Part shown: positions 24,563-37,200 of the stretch, piece by piece
How positions within the stretch are numbered: the first letter of the stretch is position 1
How the letters are laid out: every line of letters begins with the position of its first letter
Assembly (NCBI GenBank): GCA_951406725.2
Contig: OX597819.1
Coordinates: forward strand, 7,192,001 to 7,256,000
Direction: 5' to 3'
Length of the DNA: 64,000 nt
Source: Octopus vulgaris
Lineage: Eukaryota
Position numbers and translations under genes: made by a program
Notes under the pieces: model-generated
Databases searched by the model: none
The model's input: the letters and a program-made list of their open reading frames with translations, nothing else
What the model was told of the DNA's origin: nothing

Positions 24563-24724
24563 TACAACAGGCTTCTTTCAGTTTCTGTCTACCAGATCCA
24601 CTCACAAGGCATTGGTCGGCCCGAGGCTATAGCAGAAGACACTTGCCCAAGATGCCACGCAGTGGGACTGAACCCGGAACCATGTGGTTGGTTAGCAAGC
24701 TACTTACCACACAGCCACTCCTGC
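24283..24724 (-). mobile_element. SINE family A
   Basis: reverse complement of family A with an expanded (TA)n. Confidence 0.9.
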
Positions 24725-25736
24725 TTTTCTGCAACATTCTAATCAGATGTCTGCTGTACCAGAGCTGTAACGTCTCTGAGTGTGTAGGAGTAACAGTTTG
24801 ACCTGCAAAGACTCCCTGATCCTTCAGCTACACACTTTGTTGAGTAATATTACTCCAGAGATTCTTCTGAGGAATCCTATTTTTGGTTGCTTGTATTCAT
24901 GACCATATTCTTTCAGTCGTTACCAAACATCCATGAACATAAATGAGGATAGGCACAAAAACCAAAGTGTGTTTACAATATTTTATTTCAACTTAACGCA
25001 ACGAGTTCGCTTAATCCTTCGCACACTGGACAAAATGCTTAGTGGCATTTCAGCCATCTCTATGTTCTGAGATCAAATTCCACCGAGGTCGACTTTGCAT
25101 TTCATCCTTTCAGGGTCAATTACATAAGTACAAGTGGAGCACTGGGGTCAATAGAATCAACTTACTCCCTCCCCCAAACTTGCTGACCTTGTACCAAAAT
25201 TTGAAACCAATATTTTATTTCATCTTAAGGTGGTGAGCTGGCAGAATTGTTTGCATACCAGAGAAAATGCTTGGAGGCATTTCATCAGTCTTCATGTTCA
25301 GAGATCGAATTCTACCAGGTTCACTTTGCCTTTCATCCTTTCTGAGTCAATAAAATAAGTACCAGTTAAGCACTGGGGTTGGTGTAATCAATTTACTCCT
25401 CCCATAAAATGGCTGGCCTGGTGCCGAAATTTGGAATCAAATTTATATTTCATCCATCTACATTCTGAATTCAAATCTGGGTGTTAGGCTTAATCCTTCA
25501 CCCAGTTTAACACCATTACCTGGTACTTTCAGCGTCTTTAATGGAGTTCACTCGTTGCAAACATTCAGGAAAGGTCTCTGGTTTGAGGATACCTTCCCTC
25601 CATCCTTTGTACTAATTTCAGAGGTCCTGTGAAAGGTCATTGGCATTACCCGCTCACTTGACTGAAAAGACACCCCCACCAGCACAACTAATTGCTACTG
25701 TCAACTTTGCCTTTCAACCAACCAGGATTGATGAAT

Positions 25737-26615
25737 CATCGTCATCATCATCGTTTAACATCCGCTTTCCATGCTAGCATGGGTTGGACGATTTGACTGA
25801 GGACTGTCAAACCAGATGGCTGCACCAGGCTCCAATCTGATCTGGCAGAGTTTCTACAGCCGGATGCCCTTCCTAACGCCAACCACTCTGAGAGTGTAGC
25901 AGGTGCTTTTTATGTGCTACCGGCATGAGGGCCAGTCAGGCAGTACTGGCAACGGCCATGCTCAAATGGTGTTTTTTTTTTTACGTGCCACCTGCACAGG
26001 AGCAAGTCCAGCAGCACTGGCAACGACCTCACTTGAATGTTTTTTCACGTGCCACCGGCACAAGTGTCAGTAAGGGCGACACTGGTAATGATCATGCTCA
26101 AATGGTGCTTTTTACGTGCCACCGGCATAGAAGCCAATTAGCTGCTCTGGCAACGATCACTAGCAGGGATGCTAGTCATCGAGTATGATTTCAATTTCAC
26201 TCGCCTCAACAGGTCTTCGCAAGCAGAGTTTAGTGTCCAATGAAGGAAAGGTACGCATAAGTGGGCTGGTTGCACTCCTGGCACAAGCAAACGAGGTTAT
26301 GGTCTCATTTGGCTTGCCGGGTTTTCTCAAGCACAACATATTTTCAAAGGTCTCAGTTACTAGTCATTGCCTTGGTGAGACCTAATGTTTGAAGTTTATG
26401 CTTCACCACTTCATCCCAGGTCTTCCTGGGTCAACCTCTTCCACAGGTTCCTTCAACCGCTAGGGTGTGGCACTTTTTCACACAGCTATCCTCATCCATT
26501 CTCGCCACATGACCATACCAGCGCAGTCGTCTCTCTTGCACACCACATCTGATGCTTCTTAGGTCCAAATTTTCTCTCAAGGTACTCACACTCTGTCGAG
26601 TATGCACACTGACGA
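25737..26615 (-). mobile_element. RTE-clade LINE, 5'-truncated: ORF C-terminus, repeat-containing 3' UTR and (GAT)n tail
   Basis: minus strand translates VQERRLRWYGHVARMDEDSCVKKC...[10 protein letters not shown], typical of RTE, and runs into the family D sequence. Confidence 0.88.
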
Positions 26616-27468
26616 CATATTTAGAAAGTCATGTACTGCAATGAATTCAATGAGTCAATACCCTTTCCTTGTAAACTGTTGCCTATCAATCAATGTATGA
26701 AATCAATTATAAAGTGTTTATTTTTATTTTTATACATACTTAAAATCTCATTTATGAAATTCTAAATAAAATATTAAAAAAAAACTTATATGTTACCATT
26801 TCGTCGTTATTGTTTTTGTGTATGCTTCTTCCATACTGGCATGAGTTAATTGAGACTTCTTGAGACATTATTCTACAGCCAGATGTCCTCTCTGATACTA
26901 AAGTTTATTTTCAGTTAATATATTTAATTTCATGTTAAGGTAGCAGGTTTGCAGAATTGTTATAACACACGCAAAATGCTTAGTAGCATTTCATTCATCT
27001 TTACATTCTAAATTCAAATTCCACTGAAGTTGACTTTACCTTTCATCGCTTCAGAATCCATTAAATGAGGATCAATTGGAACACTAGGATCAATATAATC
27101 AACTTATCCCCTCCCCAAAGACTGGAAATTATATTGTTCATTTACAATTTTCACATAATGTCTAGACAAGGGTAGACACAAACACACATACACATACAAC
27201 AAGTTTCCTACAGTTTCCATTTACCAAATCCACTCACAGGGCTTTGGCTGGCAAGGACTGTAGCAGAGGACACTTGCCTAATGTGTTGCGCAGTGGGACT
27301 GAACCCAAGACCACATGATTGGGAAGTAAGCCTCTTAACCACACAGCCACACAACAGGCTTCCATATATTTTCCATTTACCAAATTTCCCTCACAACCCC
27401 CTACACACACACACACTCACATTGAGATTAAATTCTCAAGCCATTGCTCAGCTTGAGATTAAAATATA

Positions 27469-27867
27469 GGCGTAGGAGTGGCTGTGTGGTAAGTAGCTTG
27501 TTTACTAACCACATGGTTCCGGGTTCAGTCCCACTGTGTGGCACCTTGAGCAAGTGTCTTCTGCTATAGCCTCGGGCTGACCAATGCCTTGTGAGTGGAT
27601 TTGGTAGATGGAAACTGAAAGAAGCCCGTCGTATATGTGTATATATATGTATATATGTGTGTGTCTGTGTTTGTCCCCCTAGCATTGCTTGACAACCGAT
27701 GCTGGTGTGTTTACGTCCCCGTCACTTAGCGGTTTGGCAAAAGTGACCAATAGAATAAGTACTGGGCTTATAAAGAATAAGTCCCGGGGTCGATTTGCTC
27801 GACTAAAGGCGGTGCTCCAGCATGGCCGCAGTCAAATGACTGAAACAAGTAAAAGAGTAAAAGAGTA
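27469..27867 (+). mobile_element. SINE family A
   Basis: full family A copy; an older copy follows at ~28250-28625. Confidence 0.9.
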
Positions 27868-28101
27868 ACCACTCAGTGGAATCATATCCGAAACCATGTT
27901 GTGAAGTGAACTTCTTAACTGCACAGCCTTGCCTGCAACTGTTTTATATCCTCCCTCTAAAATCCACAGCATTTGTGTTTCATTCTGTGAGTAAAAGATA
28001 AGTAGAAGATAAGCCCCTGGCTACTCACCTCTGGCCCCGTTATGATGCTAGTTTATGGCTATTTTACTTACACCTGAACATCGCAACATTTTTGTCCCCT
28101 C

Positions 28102-28142
<41 letters not shown>

Positions 28143-28161
28143 TCTCTCTCTCTCTTTTTAC

Positions 28162-28222
28162 CAGTAATTCACTTTCATTGATCAGTTGACAAAATTCTTC
28201 TCCACCTAAATAATGTTGTTGT
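28162..28222 (-). CDS. tetraspanin-like gene exon, cytoplasmic tail (QQHYLGGEEFCQLINESELL)
   Basis: strong atttcttccttacag acceptor; CTG|gtaaaa donor; phase 2-0. Confidence 0.6.
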
Positions 28223-31200
28223 CTGTAAGGAAGAAATCGATATAAATATAGGCAGAGGAGTAGCTATGTGGTAAGAAGCTTGCTTCCCAGCCACATGGTT
28301 CTGGGTTCAGTTCCACTGCATGGCACCTTTGGCAAGTATCTTCTGCCATAGCCTCAGGCCGACCAAAGCCTTGTGAAGAATGGATTTGGTAGACAGAAAC
28401 TGAAAGAAGCTCATTATATATATATAGGGTTAGGGTATATTATTCTCCCATCATTGCTTGACAACCAATGTTGGTGTGTTTACATTCCCGTAACTTAGTG
28501 GTTTTGGCAAAAGAACTGATAGAATAAGTACTAGGTTTACAAAGAATAAGTCCTGGGTTTAATTTGTTTGACTAAAGGCTGTGCTCCAGCATGGCCACAG
28601 TCAGATGACTGAAACAAGTAAAAGAATATATGTATTATATATGTTTATATATATATGTGTATCTTTTACCTGTTTCAGTCGAGGCTGTGGCCATGCTGGA
28701 GCACAGCACCTTGAAGAATTTTAGTCAAACTTATTAACCCCAGTACTTATTTCTTTAAGCCTGATACTTATTCTATCAATCTCTTTTCCTGAACCACTGT
28801 ATATATATATATATATACATATGGCACCATTCGAGTCTGATCGTTACCAGCGTCTTACTGGCACTTGTGCCCGTGCTAGTAGGGTGCCAAGAGCACCACC
28901 CGAGCGTGATTGTTGCCAGAGCAGCCAACTGACCTCCGTGTCAGTAGCACATAAAAGGGCACCGTTCGAGCGTGATCGTTACCAAAGTCGCTTTACTGGC
29001 ACCTGTGCTGGTGGCATGTGTAAAAAGATTCGAGCGAGGTCGTTGCCAGTACCGTCTGACTGGCCCCCGTGCCGGTGGCACATAAAAAGCACCCACGACA
29101 CTCTCGGAGTGGTTTGTGTTAGGAAGGGCATCCAGCTGTAGAAACTCTGCCAAATCAAGATTGGAGCCTGGTGCAGCCATCTGGTTCACCAGCCCTCAGT
29201 CAAAATCGTCCAACCCATGCTAGCATGGAAAGCGGACATTAAACGATGATGATGATATATATATATATATATATATATGCATGTATAGAATTATATGTAT
29301 GTGTACATATATTATCATCGATGTATTATCTGAATAATAACTAAAGAAAAATGTAGAAAAATTAGTGGGTAATGTCAATAGATAAAGTTGAGATCTGCAA
29401 AACAGACTACATTGTAGGAATGATGAAGATAAATGTCTGAATAATGATGATTAATCAGAACAAGTAATTATTATTAACTCAACCTTAGCGTTATTTTCAC
29501 TTGTAACCCAACTAGGGAACTTCTGTAATAATACCTCAATTGCTAGAATTACCTGATAAATTTTACTCCCAATAAACAACACATTATTTTTAAAATGGAG
29601 ACACCTAATCCTAAACCTGTGAAAATAAATGCCTGAAGATGTTGATCATATGACAAGGTTTGACTGAGACATGCTGTATCTGCAAAGCTTGAGATGCAGA
29701 ACATATAGGTTGCCCATAAGAAGTTAGTCAATTATCAACATACATTAGGTATGCCGCCTCGACTGGCTTCCGTGCCGGTGGCACGTAAAATGCACCAATC
29801 CGATCGTGGCCGATGCCAGCCTCGCCTGGCACCAGTGCAGGTGGCACGTAAAAAGCACCCACTACACTCACGGAGTGGTTGGCGTTAGGAAGGGCATCCA
29901 GCTGTAGAAACATTGCCAGATAAGACCGGAGCCTGGTGCAGCCTTCTGGCTTCCCAGATCTCCGGTTGAACCGTCCAACCCATGCTAGCATGGAGAACGG
30001 ACGTTAAACGATGATGATGATGATTAGGTCTGCTCAAGCAGAGCTAACTAGAGCTGTTGCTTAACAAAAACAATCATTATCTCTATCATCAAACAATCAT
30101 TATCAAGACTATCACTACCATCATTATTATCTGGACTGGATTAGCTGATTGTAGTTCATTTCTGATGTTGATCTAAGATGAACAATTCAACATGTCATTC
30201 ATGAAACCTTGCTTTCTTTTATATTAAAATAACTCATGGAAAGGTCAAATAAATTTTAAATAAATATCACAAACAAAGGAGAATTGACAAGCAAGCAAAA
30301 CCTTTGCAGCGAACCTGTACAAGGTTTAAAATCATCTGTCTGCCTTCTTAACCCTTTCGTTACTAACCCGGCTGAAACCGGCTCTGGCTCTGAGTACAAA
30401 TGTCTTGTTTTCAAAAGTTTTGAATTAAAATCTTCCACCAAACCTTAGCCACAATTTATGTTCCTAATACTAGCTTAATGATGGCTAAGTTATTTTACTA
30501 AATTCTTTGTTATATTTAAAGTAATTGAAAGAAGCACAGAGCATCTCAAAATAAATACAGTAACGAATGGGTTAAGTGATCATTGTTGTTATGAAGTATA
30601 TTTTTCAGTAAAGATTGCTTCCTCGAGCAATTCGTGATAAGGGTTTTACATTTACAAAACTCTCCAACTCATATAAGATCACTTTCATCATCATCATCAC
30701 CATCTCAGCTGCCATCACCATCATCATTTTATACTAGTTTTTCTATGTTTGCATGTATTGGAATGGTTCTTGTCCAGCATTGTATCAATGCTTGTTGCAG
30801 TTTTTTTGTCATTTCCTTCACAAGATTCAGCTTCCTGACATTAGTTTTCATCACAAAAGCAGTGAGCTGCTGCCAGAATCATAAGCACACCAGGCAAAAT
30901 GCTTTGTGGCATTTCATCCACCTTTACAATCTGAGTTCAATTTCCACCAAAGTTGACTTTGCCTTTCATCTTTTCAGGGTTGATAAAATAAGTACCAGTT
31001 GAGTACTGGGGTAAAAACAATTGACTTGCACACTCCCCCAAAATTTCAGGCCTTGTACCAAAATTTTGAAATCAATATTAGCTTTCATCACTTCAGCATA
31101 AATTCCTATCACTTTGATCTCTTAACACTTTTTTATTCAATTGTCATCCTCCCCACAGAAGACATGCCCTATACCAGCTCAATCTCTTCTCTGGCATATC

Positions 31201-34200
31201 TTTATATATAAAAGTGAAGTTGTGTGTCTGTCTCCTACGATTTAGATTCCTAACTACTCCCACATTTTGCGGTGCAGTTTAACCAAAACCGGGTATCTTA
31301 TAGTCGTGATTCATATCGAGTCCTTCTGGGTATTAGCGTGCGTCTATGATGAGTCTACGATTTAAAAGAAAAATTACCATCATTTTCCCCCACTTTTAAT
31401 GCATTTTTTTGCTATTATATAAGGGAAGTAACTCTCTAAAAATGCTTTATAGTTATTTCCCTTAGAAACCCGAGCAACACCAGGCAATACTGCTAGTTAT
31501 ATCTAAATCATACTCAGCATTTTCTTTTCACTCATTTGTGCTCTAGTGTTAATGCACACTGACATTATTTTCCAGCCTTCATACATCTGCAATCAATGCT
31601 CATGTTTTACTACCAGCCAGTTTATTTCAATGGGTTCTTAGTGCTAACCACTTCTGTGCATCCCCCACATACAAAATGCTTCTCCTTTGTTATCCTGTCT
31701 CTGATCCCACTGCACCTTTTGCGCACCTATAGTTTACATTGGGTACACTAAATAGAATGCCTACATATTCAGTTTTCTGCATGTCAGCAATGGCCACTGC
31801 CCCAACTGGCCTCGTGCCGGTGGCACGTAAAAAGCACCATCCATCCATGGCCGTTTGCCAGCTCCGTCTGGCACCTGTGCGGGTGGCATGTAAAAAGCAC
31901 CCACTACACTCACGGAGTGGTTGGCGTTAGGAAGGGCATCCAGCCGTAGAAACACTGCCAGATCAGATTGGGCCTGATGCAGCCTTCTGGCTTCACAGAC
32001 CCCAGTTGAACCGTCCAACCCATGCTAGCATGGAAAGCGGATGCTAAATGATGATGATGATGATGAAACTAAAACCTTGTCTTTGCAGGGTTTTCTTTTA
32101 AATCTCTTGATTCCAGGCTTCACTTCCACCATGAGAATTTCTTTTCTTATTCTGTTTTTCAATATGTTCATCATTGACAAAGAATTAGAGAATTAGATTA
32201 TCACTATTCAGCTGTCATTGGCACTGTTCTGTTGTCTCATCATCGTTCCATTCTATTGGATTCGCAGAATCATTAGAACCTCAGAAATAAGGCCTTGTAG
32301 TGTTTGTTCTAGCTCTTTATATGCTCAGTTCAAATCTTGCAAATTGACATCAGCTTTAAGACTCAGGCTCTTTCAGAGATTCCTTCTGGTTCTGTAGCAT
32401 TCACCTCTCAGATAAATATATCATTTAGTATGCTAGATATAACAGATAATTCTCCTTCAAATTAGCCTTTACTTTCTCAAAAAGGGAGAGGTACATTATA
32501 TATATATTTCTTTATTGCCCACAAGGGGCTAAACATAGAGGGGACAAACAAGGTCAGAAAAAGGGATTGAGTAGATTATATCGACCCCAGTGCATAACTG
32601 GTACTTTATTTATTGACCCCGAAAGGATGAAAGGCAAAGTCAACCTCGGCGGAATTTGAACTCAGAACGTAGCGACAGACGAAATACTGCTAAGCATTTC
32701 ACCCGGTGTGCTAACGTTTCTGCCAGCTCGCCGCCTTGTACATTATATATAATATAATGAAGTTATATTATATATAATGAGGTACATTATATATAATATA
32801 ATGAAGTTATTGTATACAGTACTCAGGTGGACTACATCAGGAAAAGTGACCAAAACTGCATGAACAGTAGAATATGCTGAGGAAGTGAACAGTGAATAAG
32901 TCTTTAAAACAAAAAGTGGGGCAGAGGGCATTGGGTGTACTGTTGGTAAATTTGGGGATGCATGGAAGTTTTGAAGGATGTAGTGCCCCACCAGCTAACA
33001 ACTGATGTGGATAGTTTATTCCATGTTTCAGCAATTCTGAGTGAAAAAAATGTTTCCAAAAGTTATGAATGCTGTGTTATGCAATGCCTGATAGAAGGAT
33101 GATGTGATGAGCATGACTGGAATGCCTCTTAATACCAGGTCTGTTCAGTGAAGGATGGCCTGGTGCTAAACATGAATAAAATCATAAAATGGTAAGCAGA
33201 GATATTAAAGCATTCTGCAGAAAAGAAAGAGAAACAGTAGTTCAACCATTTTTTTTATAAAGAGTTAAATGTAAACTTTCGGATTATATTCTGATTATAT
33301 AATTATCATGCCAGCTTATCTGAAGTAATTATCTCGTTACCATATGTAAATTTACCCTTCCATTTACAAATATGTTAGTTCTACTGACATAAAACCCTCA
33401 CTTATCCATTTTTCCTATTAAGTTCTCTTTGTTATCTGTAAGAGATCTCTTACATACTCTGCATATTTGAAGAAAGTAAATTAGTCCTCTTACCTTACTC
33501 ATTACTAATGTTGCATTGTAGATATTGATAACATTATGTTGGGCATTACAATATGGTATTCTTTCGATATAGTTTTATAAAATAAATATGTTTAGATGAT
33601 ACTGATATATAATATAAAATAAATATGGTTAGATAATACTGATATATAATATAAAATAAATATGGTTAGATAATACTGATATATAATATAAAATAAATAT
33701 GGTTAGATAATACTGATATATGATATAAAATAAATATGTTTAGATAATAGTGTACCATGCTTACACACTGGTGTGGACGACCAAGTCAAGTCCCATAAAT
33801 ACTCATTAAAATATACAGTATCATCAAGTATGGCAAAATTCAGTGAATAGTAAGGCAGTTTTCATTGAGATGTGTATTAGATAACTCACTCTTAACTATA
33901 TAACCAACTGTATCATGCATTAGATAAAATTACATATTTTGTAATTCAGTATATAGATATACAAGGGTGGTACCCAAAAGTAATTGGAAACATTCTCTGT
34001 GGGACAAGCCAATTGTAATTCAGGCTTCCACTGCTAGAAGCCACTTGGTGTGATCCTCAGGCATCAGTCTGCCAACCGGTGATGGCAAGTAAAGTTGTAC
34101 TGCCACACAGTGTATCTTTGCTTTACAGCGCTTCTTCTCTGTTTGTCAATTTTTGCTATAGCCGAAACAAAGGAACAGCATGTTCCTGTGAAATTTTGTT

Positions 34201-37200
34201 TTCTGCTGGGGAAAACTGTTGTCATGCTTCAAACAGCTTTTGAGGACACTGCCATGAGTAAAACACAAGTGGTTTTCACATTTTAGGAACAGCTTGGAGA
34301 CCAACCTCATTCAGAGCAACCGACAGCCTAATGAATGAATGAAAACATCATGAAAATTCACAAATTGATCTTAGAAGATCATTGCTGAACAATTGATGAA
34401 CTTGCTTATATGACTGGTATATCCTGAAGCTCCTGTCAACGAATTTTGAGCAAGGAATTGCGAATGGAAAGAGTTGCAGCAAAATTTGTGCCTCGCTTGC
34501 TCACAGAAGATCAAAAGCAGTCACGGTTGGATGCATGTTGTGAACTGAGAAAACAGTTGGAAGTTGATCCAGACCCTTTTTCGAAGATCATCACTAATGA
34601 CGAAAGCTGGTGTTATGGCTACGACCTAGCAAAGCAAAGCAGCAATCAAGTCAATGGAAGCATTGAAAGTCACCACACCCCAAAAAGCACATCAAGTGGG
34701 GTCCAATGCCAAGACAATGCTGGTTTGTTCCAATCATATAACCGTCTTTTAGAAATAATCTAGAATGTTAGTATGCATAGCAACAGCACTGACCCACAAA
34801 TGTTAGCAGTGTTCCAGTTTGGGAATGCTTTGAGTTCCCTATGGTGGGTTAGGAATTAATCAGAGCTTAAGTATTTTCTGGCTCTAAAAGAGAATTCTGT
34901 CTTTAGATGCAGTTTTTTTTATATACATGAGAGATTATCAGATTGTGATAATCAGATAGCAGAGTGACTCTGAGGGTTTCATTTGCATTTTATCAATGTA
35001 ACTAGGGAATGGGAGACACCAAACAGTTTCTGTAACATGTGTGATGATTGTATCTCTGTACTATTAAAAGCAACAAATTTTATCTTTTATGTGTTTCAGT
35101 CATGAGACTGTGACCATGCTGGAGCACTTGAAGAATTTTTAGCTGAATGAATCAACCCTCTCTTTCTCTCTTTTCTCTTTTACTTGTTTCAGTCATTTGA
35201 CTGCGGCCATGCTGGAGCACCGCCTTTAGTCGAGCAAATCGACCCCGGGACTTATTCTTTGTAAGCCCAGTACTTATTCTATCGGTCTCTTTTGCCGAAC
35301 CGCTAAGTGACGGGGACGTAAACACACCAGCATCGGTTGTCAAGCAATGCCATGGGGACAAACACAGACACACAAACATATACACACACACTTATATATA
35401 TATATATACATATATATACGACGGGCTTCTTTCAGTTTCCGTCTACCAAATCCACTCACAAGGCTTTGGTCGGCCCGAGGCTATAGCAGAAGACACTTGC
35501 CCAAGATGCCACACAGTGGGACTGAACCCGGAACCATGTGGTTGGCAGACAAGCTACTTACCACACAGCCAACCCCTGTACTTATTATTATTTTTTTTAA
35601 GCCTGGTACTTATTTTATCAGTTTCTTTTGCAGAACTGCTAAGCTACAGGGATATTAACTCACCAGTACCAGTCATTAAGCAGTGGTGAGGACACACACA
35701 CATGCGTGTGCATGTGCGTGTGTGTGTGTATGTATGTATATGTATGCGATGGTCTTCTTTCAGTTTCCATCTACTAAATCCTCTGATAAGGCTTCGGTCA
35801 ACCTGAGGGTATAGTAGAAGATGCTTGCCCAAGGTTCCACACAGTGGGACTGAACCTGAAACCATGTGGTTGGGAAGCAAGCTTCTTACTACACAGCCAC
35901 GATCATGGATTCAATACGTGTCTAGAGTGAAGTCTTTCAGTTGCATATTGATTGTTATTTGGGTGTGTGGAAGCACTCCGTCGGTTACGATGACGAGGGT
36001 TCCGGTTGATCCGAATCAACGGAACAGCCTGCTCGTGAAATTAACGTGTAAGTGGCTGAGCACTCCACAGACACGTGCACCCTTAACGTAGTTCTCGGGG
36101 ATATTCAGCGTGACACAGAGAGTGACAAGGCCGGCCCTTTGAAATACAGGTACAACAGAAACAGGAAGTAAGAGTGAAAGTTGTGGTGAAAGAGTACAGC
36201 AGGGATCACCACCATCCCCTGCCGGAGCCTTGTGGAGCTTTAAGTGTTTTCGCTCAATAAACACTCACAACACCTGGTCTGGGAATCGAAACCGCAATCC
36301 TACAACCGCGAGTCCGCTGCCCTAACCACTGGGCCATTGCGCCTCCAAGATTTGGGTGTAGTAGGTGAAAGAGAGATGAAACTTAGTACAAATTGCATCT
36401 GTGTTGAAGGTAACAGGAAGTGGGTGACAGCAACTGGGTTGTTGATATTTAGTAAAAGGAATATGGGAGACATTATTGAACCTAAGGGTACGCCAGAGTT
36501 GACAGAAATCAAAGAAAGCTCTGTTGGGACATGCTGTGACTTACATTCTGAGAACTGAGAGATGGATGTAGAAAATAAACAAGCAACTTAGCTAGAAGGT
36601 TCTCTTCTCAGAAACAATTGAAAGCTTTGCTAATATGAAGTGCAAAACAACATTGCTTTCATCAAAGTTCTCAAAGGGAAGAAGTAACACAGGAGAGAAA
36701 GTTTTCACTATTGATGTTGTGGTGTTGGTGGAGAGGACGACAGATAAGGGAGGGCAGAATTAGGGCTTGCAGGGATCCGGTGCAAGACTAGAGGGCACAT
36801 GCGCAGGGGAAGCGGAAGCAGTCAAGGAGCATGCACGTGGGGCGATCAACGAAGGGGCAGTTCGAGCTGAGACAACAAAGCAACTAGACGCATTGACTTT
36901 GCTGAGAGAGATCTGATCTTCGCTGAGGTAAGGCCTGTTGTATTTCCTTCTCTTTTTCTGTTGTCCTCTTCATCCGTCACACTACAGATGTCATATTGGG
37001 AATCACTGAAGAGGAAGAGAAACTCATGATAAAAGAGAAAGACTATTGGCAAAGGAGCTCACTTTGCAACCATGAGGTTTTGGGTTCAAGCCAACTGAGC
37101 AAGTGTCTTCTACAATTGCCCCAGAATAACCAATGTGTTGCAAGTGAATATAATAGACAGAAACTGTAAGGAAGCCTGTCATGTGTGTGTGTGTGTGTAT

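Noticed and set aside
33140-33214. Strong minus-strand acceptor at 33215
   Set aside because: The flanking exons already join in frame, the donor is weak, and the insert would split the VYTAC motif region.
36846-37005. Minus-strand ORF with a good acceptor (DSQYDICSVTDEED...)
   Set aside because: It starts in phase 2 where the chain needs phase 1, ends in a stop with no convincing donor, and the gene joins cleanly without it.
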